DNA of 64,000 bases from Calditrichia bacterium (GTDB taxonomy: Bacteria > Calditrichota > Calditrichia > JAJRVZ01): positions 708,254-772,253 of the forward strand of contig CAWCNS010000009.1 in assembly GCA_963796965.1 (NCBI GenBank), written 5' to 3'. Under the pieces are notes generated by a model, which saw nothing but the letters and a program-made list of their open reading frames with translations, made no database searches and was not told the DNA's origin. The position numbers and the translations under genes are program-made. This document shows, one piece after another, positions 21,471-33,056 of this stretch; position 1 is the first letter of the stretch; each line of letters starts with the position of its first letter.

Positions 21471-22314
21471 TTACAACCCGAGAAGTATTATAGCCATGAT
21501 GCCTGTTAATAGAGCTATTATTCCAACTGAATTTAGTTTTTCCTTCCATATCAAGGCCGCTCCAAACGTGGTTAAAAGAATAATGCCGATATTTGTCGTG
21601 GGATATACTATTATCGCCCGTAATTGCGATAATGCTATCAATAAAAAAACCGTACTAAATACATTGGGAATGCCTAACATCGCCCCTCTTAAAAATACTG
21701 CTCTTTGTATTGGAATCCTTTTCCAGTATAGGACAACTAATGTGTATAAAAATGAACTAAAAAATATTATAAATATAAATAAAGATTTCTCCGTCTGAGG
21801 GCGCCAATTTTGGAAAACCTTCATACAAAAATCACTGACTCCTATACCTATCAGCACCGTGAGAAGATAAAAATAATCCTTTAATTCTAATTCCCGATCC
21901 TTCTTAGTATTTAAAGAATGATAAAAAAGAAAAACAGTAAGGATGGTAAAGATAAAGCCCAATATTTGAACAATGGATGGCTTTTCTGAGAAAAAAATGA
22001 TTGATAACAGCAAAGGGACTACAACTGAAAGGCGAGAACTTACTGTTGCAAGAGCAGTTCCGGCTAGGTTCACTGCTTTTGCAAAAGAAAAAAAGGAAAA
22101 CACAAAAAGAAAACCTAAAACTGCCCCAAAAAGTATCGTTTCGAAACTTACAGCATATGATTCATCAAAAACTACAAATCCAAACCCTATACCAGCAGCA
22201 ACCAGATAGTTACCCGACAATAGAATCAGGGGTTCCCCTCCCCTGGCTTCATTATATTTCAAAATAAGAGCAATGCTGGTAGAGCATAATATAGTTAAAA
22301 ATAAAGCCTATCAT
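21471..22314 (-). CDS. DMT/EamA family transporter (apparent +1 frameshift at ~22307)
   Basis: About 10 TM helices in two repeats. ATG 22314 overlaps the upstream stop (TGATG); removing one G gives MIALFLTILCSTSIALILKYNEA, in frame with ORF 21471-22262. Confidence 0.85.
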
Positions 22315-23987
22315 CAGACCTGATGTCTCAAAACTCTACCGGAACGTTTTTCCGTATGTTTACCCTTATTTACCGCTAACTGTCCATTTACAAATACATA
22401 TTCAATACCCGTTGCTGTTTGATGAGGATTTACAAACGTGGCCCTATCAATAACTGTTTTTGGGTTAAATATTGTGATGTCAGCAAAGTACCCGGCTTTT
22501 AAAACACCTCTTCCTTTTAAACCCAGCTTTTCCGCTGGCATGGCTGTCATTTTTTTTATGGCTGTGGATAAATCAATACAGTGATCTTCCCGGCAGTATT
22601 TCCCTAAGACTCTTGCAAATGTGCCGTAGTAGCGGGGATGGGGTTTGCCTGTGCCCAATTTTCCTTGAGGTGATATCGCATTACCATCAGATCCTATCAT
22701 CACGTAAGGCGAGGATAATACCTTACACAAGTTATCTTCATTCATGGCAAATCCTATAATGTCAGTCTGGCATTGCTCTTCTATAAGGAGGAGACGTATA
22801 AATTCAGTTTCCGGAACACCAAGCTCAACCGCACATTCCTGGATACTTTTCCCCTCCAAGTATTTATTGCTCTCATTGTGACAGGAATTGATTATAACTC
22901 TATCCCATCCACCGATCCCGTCGCCCCGGCTCTGAACATATTGGATGATTTTAGAGATTTGATTACGGTCCTCAAGTCTTGATATAATCTCATCAGTATT
23001 GCCCTGTCTCGCCCAAAGTGGAAGGAAAATATTTAAACCAGTACCGTAAGCCACATAGGGATAACGATCTGCCTTAACCGGAAGTCCGCTTCTATTGGCA
23101 TCCTCTAATATTTGGAGCATCTTTTCAACTTTATGCCAGTTTGCCTGGTTACATGCTTTTAGATGCGCAATTTCGAGAGACACATTTGCTTCCCGGCAAA
23201 TTCGAACAGCTTCCTCTATCGCTTCTATTAATGTATCATCTTCATTTCGCATATGGGTGTTATAAATACCCCCATTTTGGGCCACAACCTTGCTGAGCTC
23301 AATTAACTCCTCTGTTGAGGCATAACTTCCCGGCGCATATTCGAGTCCTGTAGATAATCCAAAACTTCCTTCCCGCATGGTTTTGTCTATGATTCTTTTC
23401 ATCTCTTTCATTTGATCGGAGGTTGGAGCAACATCATTCTTTCCAACGACAAAACCCCGAAGGGAACCATGACCGGTAAAAGTAGCGTAATTGATGGAAA
23501 TTTTATTCTTCTCTAATGCACCTAAAAAGCCGTTTATCTCGTTCCACCTTTCATCAATACCATAACGCTCTTTCAAACTTTTACTTAATTCGTTACCGTC
23601 TTCCACTGTAAGAGGAAAAGGTGAGTAACCACAGTTGCCGGAAACTTCAGTTGTAACCCCTTGTAATATTTTACTCATGCCCCTTGGGTCTACTAATAGT
23701 TCTGTATCTGTATGGGTATGAATATCAATGAAACCGGGAGCGACGATCAGATCTGTGGCATCAATCTCCAAATCAGCACGTGCATTGTTTATATTTCCCA
23801 GAACGACAAGCTTCTCACCAATAATACCCAGGTCCGATTTAACTGCTTTCGTTCCCTGCCCGTCAAGCACAAGACCATTTTTTATGAGAACATCAAATTC
23901 ATTATTAAAAGTACATCCCACAAACAATCCTGCCGTAGCAGCAGAAGCGGTTTTCATAAACGAACGACGTCCTATTTGTTTCATCAT
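22314..23987 (-). CDS. N-acyl-D-amino-acid deacylase family protein, Tat lipoprotein
   Basis: GRRSFMK twin-arginine motif plus LFVGC lipobox; GFIDIHTH, GNCG, HMRNE, AHLK, GSD, PHPRYYGTF. Confidence 0.9.
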   Translation of the reverse strand: MMKQIGRRSFMKTASAATAGLFVGCTFNNEFDVLIKNGLVLDGQGTKAVKSDLGIIGEKLVVLGNINNARADLEIDATDLIVAPGFIDIHTHTDTELLVDPRGMSKILQGVTTEVSGNCGYSPFPLTVEDGNELSKSLKERYGIDERWNEINGFLGALEKNKISINYATFTGHGSLRGFVVGKNDVAPTSDQMKEMKRIIDKTMREGSFGLSTGLEYAPGSYASTEELIELSKVVAQNGGIYNTHMRNEDDTLIEAIEEAVRICREANVSLEIAHLKACNQANWHKVEKMLQILEDANRSGLPVKADRYPYVAYGTGLNIFLPLWARQGNTDEIISRLEDRNQISKIIQYVQSRGDGIGGWDRVIINSCHNESNKYLEGKSIQECAVELGVPETEFIRLLLIEEQCQTDIIGFAMNEDNLCKVLSSPYVMIGSDGNAISPQGKLGTGKPHPRYYGTFARVLGKYCREDHCIDLSTAIKKMTAMPAEKLGLKGRGVLKAGYFADITIFNPKTVIDRATFVNPHQTATGIEYVFVNGQLAVNKGKHTEKRSGRVLRHQV

Positions 23988-24131
23988 CGAATCTCCTTTT
24001 CAATTGCTAAAATTTGTATTCAAAAGATAATAATTTTTATGTTTAGTACCCAAAAGAATATGTTAGTGCAGCTCTGCCATTAGTCTGGTGAAATTCTAGG
24101 AAAATATTCTACGTTTAATTTTGTGGTAATT

Positions 24132-26081
24132 CTATCCTGCTTTAAACTCAGAGAGCAATTTCTCAAGCTCCGATTGTTTAATCTCCCATTCAATTTCCAA
24201 TGCAGGAATCTTAATCTGGAGCTCCTGATATCTCTTACCGCATTTTGCTGAATTATCCTGATCATTATAAAATTCTGGATCTGTCATTTGGGTTTCCAAC
24301 AGATCCTTTTCTTTTTCCAATACATCTATTTTATTCTCAAGTGATTGAACTAATACTTGGAGTCTGTTTCGCTCCTCACTGATTTGTTGACGGGCCTCAG
24401 CTTCGAGACGCTTTCTCTCCTTGTCCTTTTTAACTTTTGGTTTTATCGATTTGTTCTCATCAACAGATATCACCTGACGTTCTCTTTTCTTTCGAAGATA
24501 GTCAGAATAATTGCCCTCAAATCTTCTCAGATTTCCATCTTTAAGTTCATACACAATGGTCACTAATTTATCTAAAAAATAACGGTCATGAGATATTAAC
24601 AATAATGTGCCGTCGTAATTTGCTAATGCTTGTTCCAGGGCTTCCTTAGATTGAATATCAAGATGATTTGTGGGCTCATCCATTAACAGGAAATTTACGG
24701 GTGATAATAAAATCTTTGCTAGAGAAACCCGTGCTTTTTCGCCCCCGCTTAGAACGCCAATTTTCTTTTCTACATCCTCGCCCGTTAGTTTAAACACACC
24801 TAATATATCCCTGATCCTGGTGCGATAAATTTCAGCAGCCATGGATTCTACTTCTGCAAATACCGTATTTTTTAGATTTAAGGCGTCTATCTGATGCTGT
24901 GCATAGTAACCGATCTCCACCCGCTCTCCAATAGATACCTCACCAACCTGTGCAACTAGCTCTTGAAATAATAACCGGGTAAGGGTTGTTTTTCCCTCTC
25001 CATTGGCACCTACCAGAGCCGCTTTTTCTCCTCTAAATAGTTGCATATTAATATTTTGAAAAACCCAGTCCTCGGTATATCTAAATGAGACATTTTTTAT
25101 GATACAAACATCTTTATAGCTCTTTTGTGGACTCAGAATTTGAAAAGATATGGTTGATCGAGATTTTGGCAATACTACCGTCTCTAATTTTTCTAATCTC
25201 TTAACCCGATCCTGCACTTGAGCTGCTTTAGTGTTTTTATAGCGAAAGCGATTTATAAATGCAGTCAATCTCTCCCGTTCTGCTTGAATTTCTTCCGCTT
25301 TTTTAAGCAATTGTTCCAATCGTAATGCTTTTTGTTCTTCATAGAAACTATACTTTCCCGGATAATGAATTAATTGACCATGGTCTAATTCAGCAATTTC
25401 ATCACCCAAACGATCTATAAAAAAGCGGTCGTGAGATACAATAATCATACTACCACGGAAATCGTTAAGATAATTTTCCAGCCATTCCAGTGATTCAATA
25501 TCCAAATGATTCGTGGGTTCGTCAAGTAATAATAAATCAGGATTTAAAAGAAGTATCCTGGCTAAATAGACCCGCATACGCCAGCCACCGCTCTTACTGG
25601 AAATGGGATCAGAAAATTCAGATTCTTTAAATCCGAGCCCGGTTAAAATTTTCTTAGCTTTTGCCTCAATTTCATATCCACCAAGAAGTGAAAATCGTTC
25701 TTCAGAAACGCCCAGACGATTGGCCAGATCCTGTTGTTCATCAGAAGATAAATCATCACGCATGAGGTGATCATGCAGCAATGATATTTCTGATTCCAGA
25801 TCAGTGAGTTGTGTGTTTGCCGCCAGGGATTCTTCTAATACTGAACCACGGCCGAATGAGACTTCTTCCTGAGGGAGATACCCAATAAGATAATCCTTCG
25901 GTTGCTGGAATTCACCTTCCTGGAGAGGAAGTTCGCGACAAAGCAACCGAAGTAAAGTGGTTTTGCCAGCGCCATTGGGTCCAATGAGGGCCACCCTTTT
26001 TCCAGGATTAATTGTCCAGCTTACGCCAGCAAAAAGTGATGTACCGGCAATCTGAAAACTTATATTTTTTAGTTGTAGCAT
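24132..26081 (-). CDS. ABC-F family ATPase (YheS/Uup-like)
   Basis: Two NBDs (GPNGAGKTT / SGGWRMR / LDEPTNHLD; GANGEGKTT / LSGGEKAR), no TM segments, C-terminal coiled coil. Confidence 0.93.
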   Translation of the reverse strand: MLQLKNISFQIAGTSLFAGVSWTINPGKRVALIGPNGAGKTTLLRLLCRELPLQEGEFQQPKDYLIGYLPQEEVSFGRGSVLEESLAANTQLTDLESEISLLHDHLMRDDLSSDEQQDLANRLGVSEERFSLLGGYEIEAKAKKILTGLGFKESEFSDPISSKSGGWRMRVYLARILLLNPDLLLLDEPTNHLDIESLEWLENYLNDFRGSMIIVSHDRFFIDRLGDEIAELDHGQLIHYPGKYSFYEEQKALRLEQLLKKAEEIQAERERLTAFINRFRYKNTKAAQVQDRVKRLEKLETVVLPKSRSTISFQILSPQKSYKDVCIIKNVSFRYTEDWVFQNINMQLFRGEKAALVGANGEGKTTLTRLLFQELVAQVGEVSIGERVEIGYYAQHQIDALNLKNTVFAEVESMAAEIYRTRIRDILGVFKLTGEDVEKKIGVLSGGEKARVSLAKILLSPVNFLLMDEPTNHLDIQSKEALEQALANYDGTLLLISHDRYFLDKLVTIVYELKDGNLRRFEGNYSDYLRKKRERQVISVDENKSIKPKVKKDKERKRLEAEARQQISEERNRLQVLVQSLENKIDVLEKEKDLLETQMTDPEFYNDQDNSAKCGKRYQELQIKIPALEIEWEIKQSELEKLLSEFKAG

Positions 26082-26258
26082 CTATATAGATTCTTGAGGT
26101 TAATATTAAATTTAAGCGTCCGTTTTCTTATGCGATTATTCTGATAATTTATTGCCATAAAGTCTTCATAGTTTATAAAAATATAATATTTTGGGGAATC
26201 TCTCTGTAATGAAATACAAGTTCATACGCAATAATGTAAATAATTATGCTAATTGATA

Positions 26259-26296
26259 CAAAATAGCCCCCTGAACAAAATAAAGTTCAGAGGGCT
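26259..26296 (-). terminator. Intrinsic terminator downstream of the pepF pair
   Basis: Minus strand AGCCC-T-CTGAAC...GTTCAG-G-GGGCT-ATTTT; the U:G pair is only possible on the minus strand. Confidence 0.75.
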
Positions 26297-26369
26297 GATA
26301 TTTGGAGTTACTTGAAAAATTATTTAAACACTTAATTCTGTTGTTCTCTGCCATAAACGGCAGATTTTT

Positions 26370-28283
26370 TTATCTACCCATTTTCTTGAGTATCTGTTCG
26401 ATCTCATCCATAACTTTGTTCATTTTTTTCATGGCCAGCGTAAAGGGTTCATCTGTCGTCATATCAATACCGACCTTTTTTAAGGTGGGTATGGCATAAT
26501 CAGAGCCACCACTTGAGAGAAATGCTAGGTATTGATTTACCATCCCGGCTTTCCCACTAAGCATTTTTTCGGCCAGAGCCTGAGCAGCCAAAAATGAAGT
26601 GCTATATTGAAAAACGTAAAAATTATAATAGAAATGGGGGATATAGGCCCATTCCATAGCATACTGTTCATCAATAATACAGATACCTTTATCATGACCA
26701 TAATATTTTTTAAGGATCTCAAGATAAATTTCTGAAAATTTATCTCCGGTTAAAGCCTCTCCTTTTTCAGCACTCTCATGTATTTTTAATTCAAATTCAG
26801 CAAACTGCGTTTGTCTGAAAAGAGTTCCTTTAAAATTATCCAGATAATTTCCAAGTAATGCGAGACGTTCTTCATCACTGTTAATTTTTTTGAGCATATG
26901 ATCCATTAATATTGCTTCATTTCCTGTTGAAGCAACTTCGGCTAGAAATATTGGATAATCGGCAATATGATAGGGCTGATTCTTATTTGAAAAATAACTG
27001 TGCATCGTATGGCCCAGTTCATGGGCTAATGTACTCATATCATCATATTTACCGTTAAAATTCATCAAAATATATGGATGCACATCATAGGCACTTCCCT
27101 GGGAATAGGCACCAGATCTTTTTCCTGTATTTGGCATAACATCAATCCATTGTTCTTTAGCAGATCTATCCACCGTGGCGACATAATCACTACCAAGAAC
27201 GACCAATGCTTCTTTAATGTTTTCTATGGCTTCATCATAGGTATAGACTTAAATCAACGCTTTTAACCATGGAAGGATACATATCATAATAATGTAAATT
27301 CTCAAGACCAAGCATGCGTTTACGTAATTTTAAATAACGGTGAAAAGTATCGAGGTTTTTGTTTATATTCTCAATTAATTTATGGTAAACGGATGTGGGA
27401 ATATTATTACGGTCCAGGGCGCTTTCAAGACTTGAATCATATTTTCTTACGTTTTTATAAAACATGTTTTTCTTGATTTCACCATATAACTGTGTACCAA
27501 AAGTACGTTTATAACCCGCTAATGCTCCAAAGAACGAGTTAAACACTTTTATACGATCTTCCCTGTTTGCAGCAGCTCTGTTAAGCGCATACCCGGATGC
27601 ATCTAAACGAACTTCTTTTCCACCAGACTAAAGTAATTGTTGGATAGGGTAAATCAGCGTTGCTCAGGATTGAATAGGTTTCTGATGCTGTGCCTGACAT
27701 TCTTCCAGCCTCTGCAATAATCCCTTCCTGTTCTTCCGTCAATGTATGCTTCCGGGTACGCTGAATATTATCAATTACCTGACGAAATGACTGAAGACCC
27801 GGTTCTTCTTTAAAAAACTGTTCGATTTTTTCCTCTGGAATTGTAAGAATTTCAGGATCGATATAGGAAGAAATCTTGGATAGTTCGGTAGATCAGCTGC
27901 CTCACTTCCTGCTTCATTGCCATAGGATCAGATTCCCGTGTGTCCTGATCTGACAACATTGAAGCATATACATATACTTTGACAAATTCTTTGTTAATTT
28001 CATAATAAGTCTCAAGTGCTTCCTTCAATTGGCTTGCTGACTGCCCCAGAGTTCCTTTATATTTGCTTATTTCAGAAAATCTCGCCCCAATTTTCTCTTT
28101 TTCATTTTTCCAACCATCAAGTGAAGGATAGAGGTCCTTTAAATTCCACTTATACTTCTCTTCAACATTAGCCCGGTTACCATCATTTTCCCCAGCATAA
28201 CTTGGGATTAATGAACCACATGCGAGCAGCATGATCATAGCTAGCACAAAAATTAAATTTAACTTCTCATACAAACCTTGCAT
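26370..28283 (-). CDS. pepF: Oligoendopeptidase F (M3B) with signal peptide; three apparent +1 frameshifts (~27247, ~27627, ~27893)
   Basis: Fragments 27852-28283, 27235-27546 and 26370-27206 plus the intervening sequence join into a full PepF: KWNLKDLY, GKRSGAY, TLAHELGH, AEVAST, WAYIPHFY. Confidence 0.9.
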
Positions 28284-28360
28284 AGCATATCCTCCTAAAA
28301 ATTAAAATGTCATTTAAAGACTTCTGATTTATTTGAATTTTAATACAGATTTCTTTTCAG

Positions 28361-30191
28361 TTATCCCTCGTTTGTCAGGTCTTCAATTTCATCCATAACA
28401 TAATTCATTCGCTCTACAGTCAAATCAAAAGGTTCATTACCGGTCATATCAATCCCGACACTCTGTAATGTCGGGATTGCATATTTGGAGCATCCACTTG
28501 AGAGAAAGGTCATGTACTTATCTACAATCCCTGGTTCTCCATTGAGAAACTTAGCTGCAATAGCTTGCGATGCAGTAAATGATGTAGCATATTGATAAAC
28601 ATAAAAATTATAATAGAAATGTGGGATATAGGCCCATTCCACTCCAAAGATGTCCTCAACCTCCATAACACCATCATCGTGGCCATAGTACTTTTTAAAA
28701 ATCTCTATATATAATTCGGTAAATTTCTCCCCGGTTAAGGCTTCACCTTTCTCGACTATTTCATGAATTTTTAACTCATATTCTGCAAACTGAGTTTGGC
28801 GAAATAATGTACCTCTAAATCCATCAAGCGCATTACCTAATAGAGCCAACCGTTCTTCCTTATTCTCGATTCGTTTTAACATATAGTCCATTAATAATGC
28901 TTCATTGACCGTAGATGCAACTTCAGCCAGGAATATGGGATAATGCGAATTAACATAGACTCTGTGTTTTGTTTGAAAAATAACTATGCATCGCATGACC
29001 TAACTCATGGGTCAGGGTGCTTACATCATTATACCTGCCTTTGTAGTTCAACAGAATATAGGGGTGACAATCATAAGCAATGCCATCCATATATGCGCCT
29101 GATCTTTTACCTTTGTTTGGATAGATATCAATCCAACGGTCATCAAAGGCTCTTTTTAAAGCTCTCCCATATTCTTCACCCAACATGGAGAGTGAATCGA
29201 TAACCACTTCCCTTGCCTCTTCATATTTATAAGTTAAATCGACATCCTTGGTTAGCGATGGATAGGCATCAATAAACTGAAGATCAACTACCCCAAGCAT
29301 CTTTTTTCGTAATTTCAGATAGCGGTGTAAGGTTGAAAGATTGCGATTCACATTATCAATTAGTTTTTTATAAACCTCTGTCGGAATATTATTTGGATCA
29401 AGAGAGGCTTCAAGTGCGCTTTCATACTTACGTACGTTCTTATAAAAAAGATTCTTTTTCAACTCGCCATATAGCTGTGTACCAAAACTACGTTGAAAAT
29501 TCTCTAACGTTTCAAAAAAACTATAAAATACTATTTTTCTATCATCACGGTTCTTGCTCTCCCGATATAATGAATAATTTGTTGGATCAAGATGAATTTT
29601 TTTACCGTCAGAAAGTTCAACTTCAGGATAGGGTAGATCAGCATTAGTAAAAATATTGTAAATTTCATGAGATGTGCCCGCCATCAACCCAGCCTGGGCA
29701 ATTAATTCTTCCTCTGACTCATTTAAGGTGTGATTTTTTCGCCTCAGGATATCGGAAATGTATTGCTTATATATTTTAAGTTGCGGCGTTTCACTATAAA
29801 ATTTATCTATATCGTCATTGGAAAGAGTCAAAACTTCAGGCTCAATAAAGGATGATAATGATTTGAGTTGTGTCTGAAGAGGGATCATTTCCTGTTTCAT
29901 TGACATGGGGTTGGATTCTTTGGTATCCTGATCTGACAACATCGAGGCATAAGCATAGAGCCGCATAAATTCTTTCTCAAGAGTTGAATAAAAACTCAAT
30001 CCCTCATAGAGTTTCAAACCGGAGGAAACAAAATTATCGCGAATGAAAGGTAATTTTTTTATCTCTTCAGATATTTTCTCCTTCTTTTCCTTCCAATCTT
30101 CAATAGATTCATATAAATCAGAGAGATTCCATTTAAAACGATCGGGTAGTTGTTCCCGGGATTTTTCACCGGACATGTTTGAGTCATTCAC
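28361..30191 (-). CDS. pepF: Oligoendopeptidase F (M3B), cytoplasmic; apparent +1 frameshift at ~28960
   Basis: KWNLSDLY, KGKRSGAY, LTHELGH, AEVAST, WAYIPHFY. GTG 30191 has a GAGGA RBS 8 nt upstream (alternative starts 30176 or 30227). Confidence 0.9.
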
Positions 30192-30389
30192 ACGGTCTAT
30201 CCTCAAAATATTATTGAATAATTCCAAATAGGAGTATTAATTTACTAAATTCATTTATCTCAATAAAGCTGCATATTCTTAATCTATAATTCCAGAGTGG
30301 AAATAAATTGTCCAATTATCTCTTTTAATAGTAACAAATGTAAGGGAATTTTTAGCGTAGGCCTAAAATCAAAAGGGTAGGAGAATAAG

Positions 30390-31058
30390 ATGAGCTATTT
30401 TACATCCGATTTTATAGCCTTTTTCGAAGATTTATCAGATAATAATAATAAATCCTGGTTTGATCAGAATCGTAAACGCTATGAAAAATCCGCGAAAGAG
30501 CCTTTTAATGCTTTTGTGGAAGAAATGATCGTACGAATCCATAAAGATAATTCTGATATACTGATCAGACCTTCAGAAGCTATCTTTCGGATAAATAGAG
30601 ATATTCGTTTTGCCAAAGATAAAACACCCTATAAGACCCATATGGCAGCATTAATATCTACGGAAGGTCGGAAGGCAAGAGATTTTCCCGGCTTTTATTT
30701 CCAATTGGGTAGTAGTGGTATCCGCATTTATAGTGGTGTCCACCAACTTCAGAAGGGTCGTCTTGATCAGGTTAGAGCGTACATTTGTAATGATTTGTCT
30801 ATGTTTGAAAAAGTTATAACTGAAAAAACTTTTCAGGACCATTTTAATGAGATATTAGGTGAAAAGAATAAACGCCTCCCATCTGAATACAAAGATTTTT
30901 TTGATCAACAACCACTCGTGGCTAATAAAGATTTCTATATAATGGCAGAACTGGAAAATAAATACATAACACAACCAGATCTTAGCAACAAGTTAATGGA
31001 ATATTATTTTGCTGCAAAGCCATTAATCAGTTATCTCACGGACGCGTTGAATTCTTAA
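30390..31058 (+). CDS. DUF2461 family protein
   Basis: NNNKSWF, IFRINRDIRFAKDKTPYK signature. Confidence 0.88.
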   Translation: MSYFTSDFIAFFEDLSDNNNKSWFDQNRKRYEKSAKEPFNAFVEEMIVRIHKDNSDILIRPSEAIFRINRDIRFAKDKTPYKTHMAALISTEGRKARDFPGFYFQLGSSGIRIYSGVHQLQKGRLDQVRAYICNDLSMFEKVITEKTFQDHFNEILGEKNKRLPSEYKDFFDQQPLVANKDFYIMAELENKYITQPDLSNKLMEYYFAAKPLISYLTDALNS

Positions 31059-31077
31059 CCATTAAAAAGAAGATATT

Positions 31078-33012
31078 ATGGAGCATAAAGGGACAAGAAG
31101 ACTGGCTGCAATCATGTTCACTGACATGGTGGGTTACACTGCTTTGATGCAGGAAAATGAGCACCAGGCAAAAATAAATCGCGATAAACACAGAACAGTA
31201 TTGACCAATGCTATCGAAAAATACCACGGTTCAATTTTACAATACTACGGAGATGGTACACTCTCGATTTTCAATTCTGTATTAGACGCTGTAAATAGTG
31301 CCATCCTTATACAAAACAGTTTAAATATGGAACCTAAGATTCCTTTACGAATCGGTATCCATAGCGGTGATATTGTACACGATGAGGAAGGGATTTATGG
31401 AAGTGGCGTGAATATCGCCTCACGTGTTGAGTCAATGGCAATACCAGGATCGGTCCTTATTACCGGGAAAGTCTATGACGAGCTAAAAAATCACCCACAG
31501 TATACCGTTTCTTCAATGGGGACTTACAATCTTAAAAATGTTGAGCAGTCAATACCATTATACGCCATCATTGATAAGGGTTGGACCATTCCCCATCCCG
31601 GAGATTTAAAGGGTAAAGGCAAACCTGCAACGCAAAGTATTGCCGTTCTTCCTTTTGTAAATATGAGTAACGATCCTGAAAATGAATATTTTAGTGATGG
31701 TATTACTGAGGAAATCCTCAATGCTTTGGTTAAGGTCGAAGGTCTTCAAGTTACCTCACGTACTTCTTCCTTTGCTTTTAAAAACAAAAACATCGATTTG
31801 AGGGAAATGGCGGACACATTATCTGTCACAAATATTTTAGAGGGAAGCGTCCGAAAGGCAGGAGAGAAGGTTCGAATTACTGCTCAGCTTATTAATGCCA
31901 TCGATGGATTTCATTTGTGGTCAGAAACATACGATCGAAAACTTGAGGATATATTTGACGTTCAGGATGAAATTTCCCGGAAAATTACAAATCAACTCCG
32001 TTTAAAACTTGCTCCGGAGGATGTACAAGAGAATTTGGTAATTGCACCTACCGATAATCTGGATGCCTATAACCTCTATCTCCGAGGAAAGTATCACTTA
32101 TATAAATGGACACCCCAAGGTGTAAAAAAAGCAATCGACTATTTTGAACAATCCATTAATTCTCAAAAGAACTTTTCCCTTCCCTATTCAGGATTATCAT
32201 TTTGTTATACCATGCTCGGAGCAATGGGACAAATGTCTCCAAAACAGGCTTTTCCAATTGGCCGGGAAATGGCTCTAAAAGCTTTGAAACTGGATAAAGG
32301 TCTTGCTGAATCTCATGTAACTCTGGCATTAACAAAATTATTTTATGACTGGGATATTGATGGCGCCAGGAAAGACATGGAAGAAGCACTTAAAATAAAT
32401 TCAGGCTCTGCTGATATATATCACGCCAACTCTATCTATTTCTGGGCTGCCAATAAACCTGACCTGGCCCTTGAATCTATTGTCAAGGCCTGTGAACTTG
32501 ATCCCCTTTCGCTCGTAATGAATCAACATTTTGCAGAGATACTAACCTGGATGGAGAAATATGACCAGGCATTGGCTCGCCTCGATCTAACCCTTGACCT
32601 GGATCCCTCATTTAGACCCGCCATTGAAAATAAAGGCTGGGTATATGTAATGACCGGAGAGATTAACAAAGCTATAGAAACTTTTCAATTATATCACTCT
32701 CTCACTGGACATCCGTTAAAAGGTGTAACAGGTTTAGGACATGCATATGCAAAGGCCGGCAATATATCAAAAGCTGAAGAATGTCTCCAAAAACTTAAAA
32801 AAAGAGCAGAATTAGAGCCGGATGTAATGCTTCATATGGATAATTTTATTATTTACGTTGGCCTGAGGGATACCCAAAAAATTTATCATCATCTAGAGGA
32901 AGCGCTAAAAGCCCAGGCGGGCATATTCTTTATCAAAACATCCAATCTATTTCGTGATATTCGTCAAGAGAAGACCTTTATAAATCTATTATTAAGATAC
33001 GGCTATAAATAA
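31078..33012 (+). CDS. Class III adenylate/guanylate cyclase + TolB-like N-domain + TPR
   Basis: LAAIMFTDMVGY, GDG, RIGIHSGD, GVNIASR; SIAVLPFVNMSNDPENEYFSDGITEE; TPRs. Confidence 0.9.
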   Translation: MEHKGTRRLAAIMFTDMVGYTALMQENEHQAKINRDKHRTVLTNAIEKYHGSILQYYGDGTLSIFNSVLDAVNSAILIQNSLNMEPKIPLRIGIHSGDIVHDEEGIYGSGVNIASRVESMAIPGSVLITGKVYDELKNHPQYTVSSMGTYNLKNVEQSIPLYAIIDKGWTIPHPGDLKGKGKPATQSIAVLPFVNMSNDPENEYFSDGITEEILNALVKVEGLQVTSRTSSFAFKNKNIDLREMADTLSVTNILEGSVRKAGEKVRITAQLINAIDGFHLWSETYDRKLEDIFDVQDEISRKITNQLRLKLAPEDVQENLVIAPTDNLDAYNLYLRGKYHLYKWTPQGVKKAIDYFEQSINSQKNFSLPYSGLSFCYTMLGAMGQMSPKQAFPIGREMALKALKLDKGLAESHVTLALTKLFYDWDIDGARKDMEEALKINSGSADIYHANSIYFWAANKPDLALESIVKACELDPLSLVMNQHFAEILTWMEKYDQALARLDLTLDLDPSFRPAIENKGWVYVMTGEINKAIETFQLYHSLTGHPLKGVTGLGHAYAKAGNISKAEECLQKLKKRAELEPDVMLHMDNFIIYVGLRDTQKIYHHLEEALKAQAGIFFIKTSNLFRDIRQEKTFINLLLRYGYK

Positions 33013-33056
33013 TCCATTTACAATCTCCTTCCTCCATTTTAGGTAGTGTAAAAAAT

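Noticed and set aside
26370..28283. Programmed ribosomal frameshifting or true pseudogene for the secreted pepF
   Set aside because: No slippery heptamers at the shift sites, no in-frame stops once corrected, and the same indel pattern occurs window-wide.
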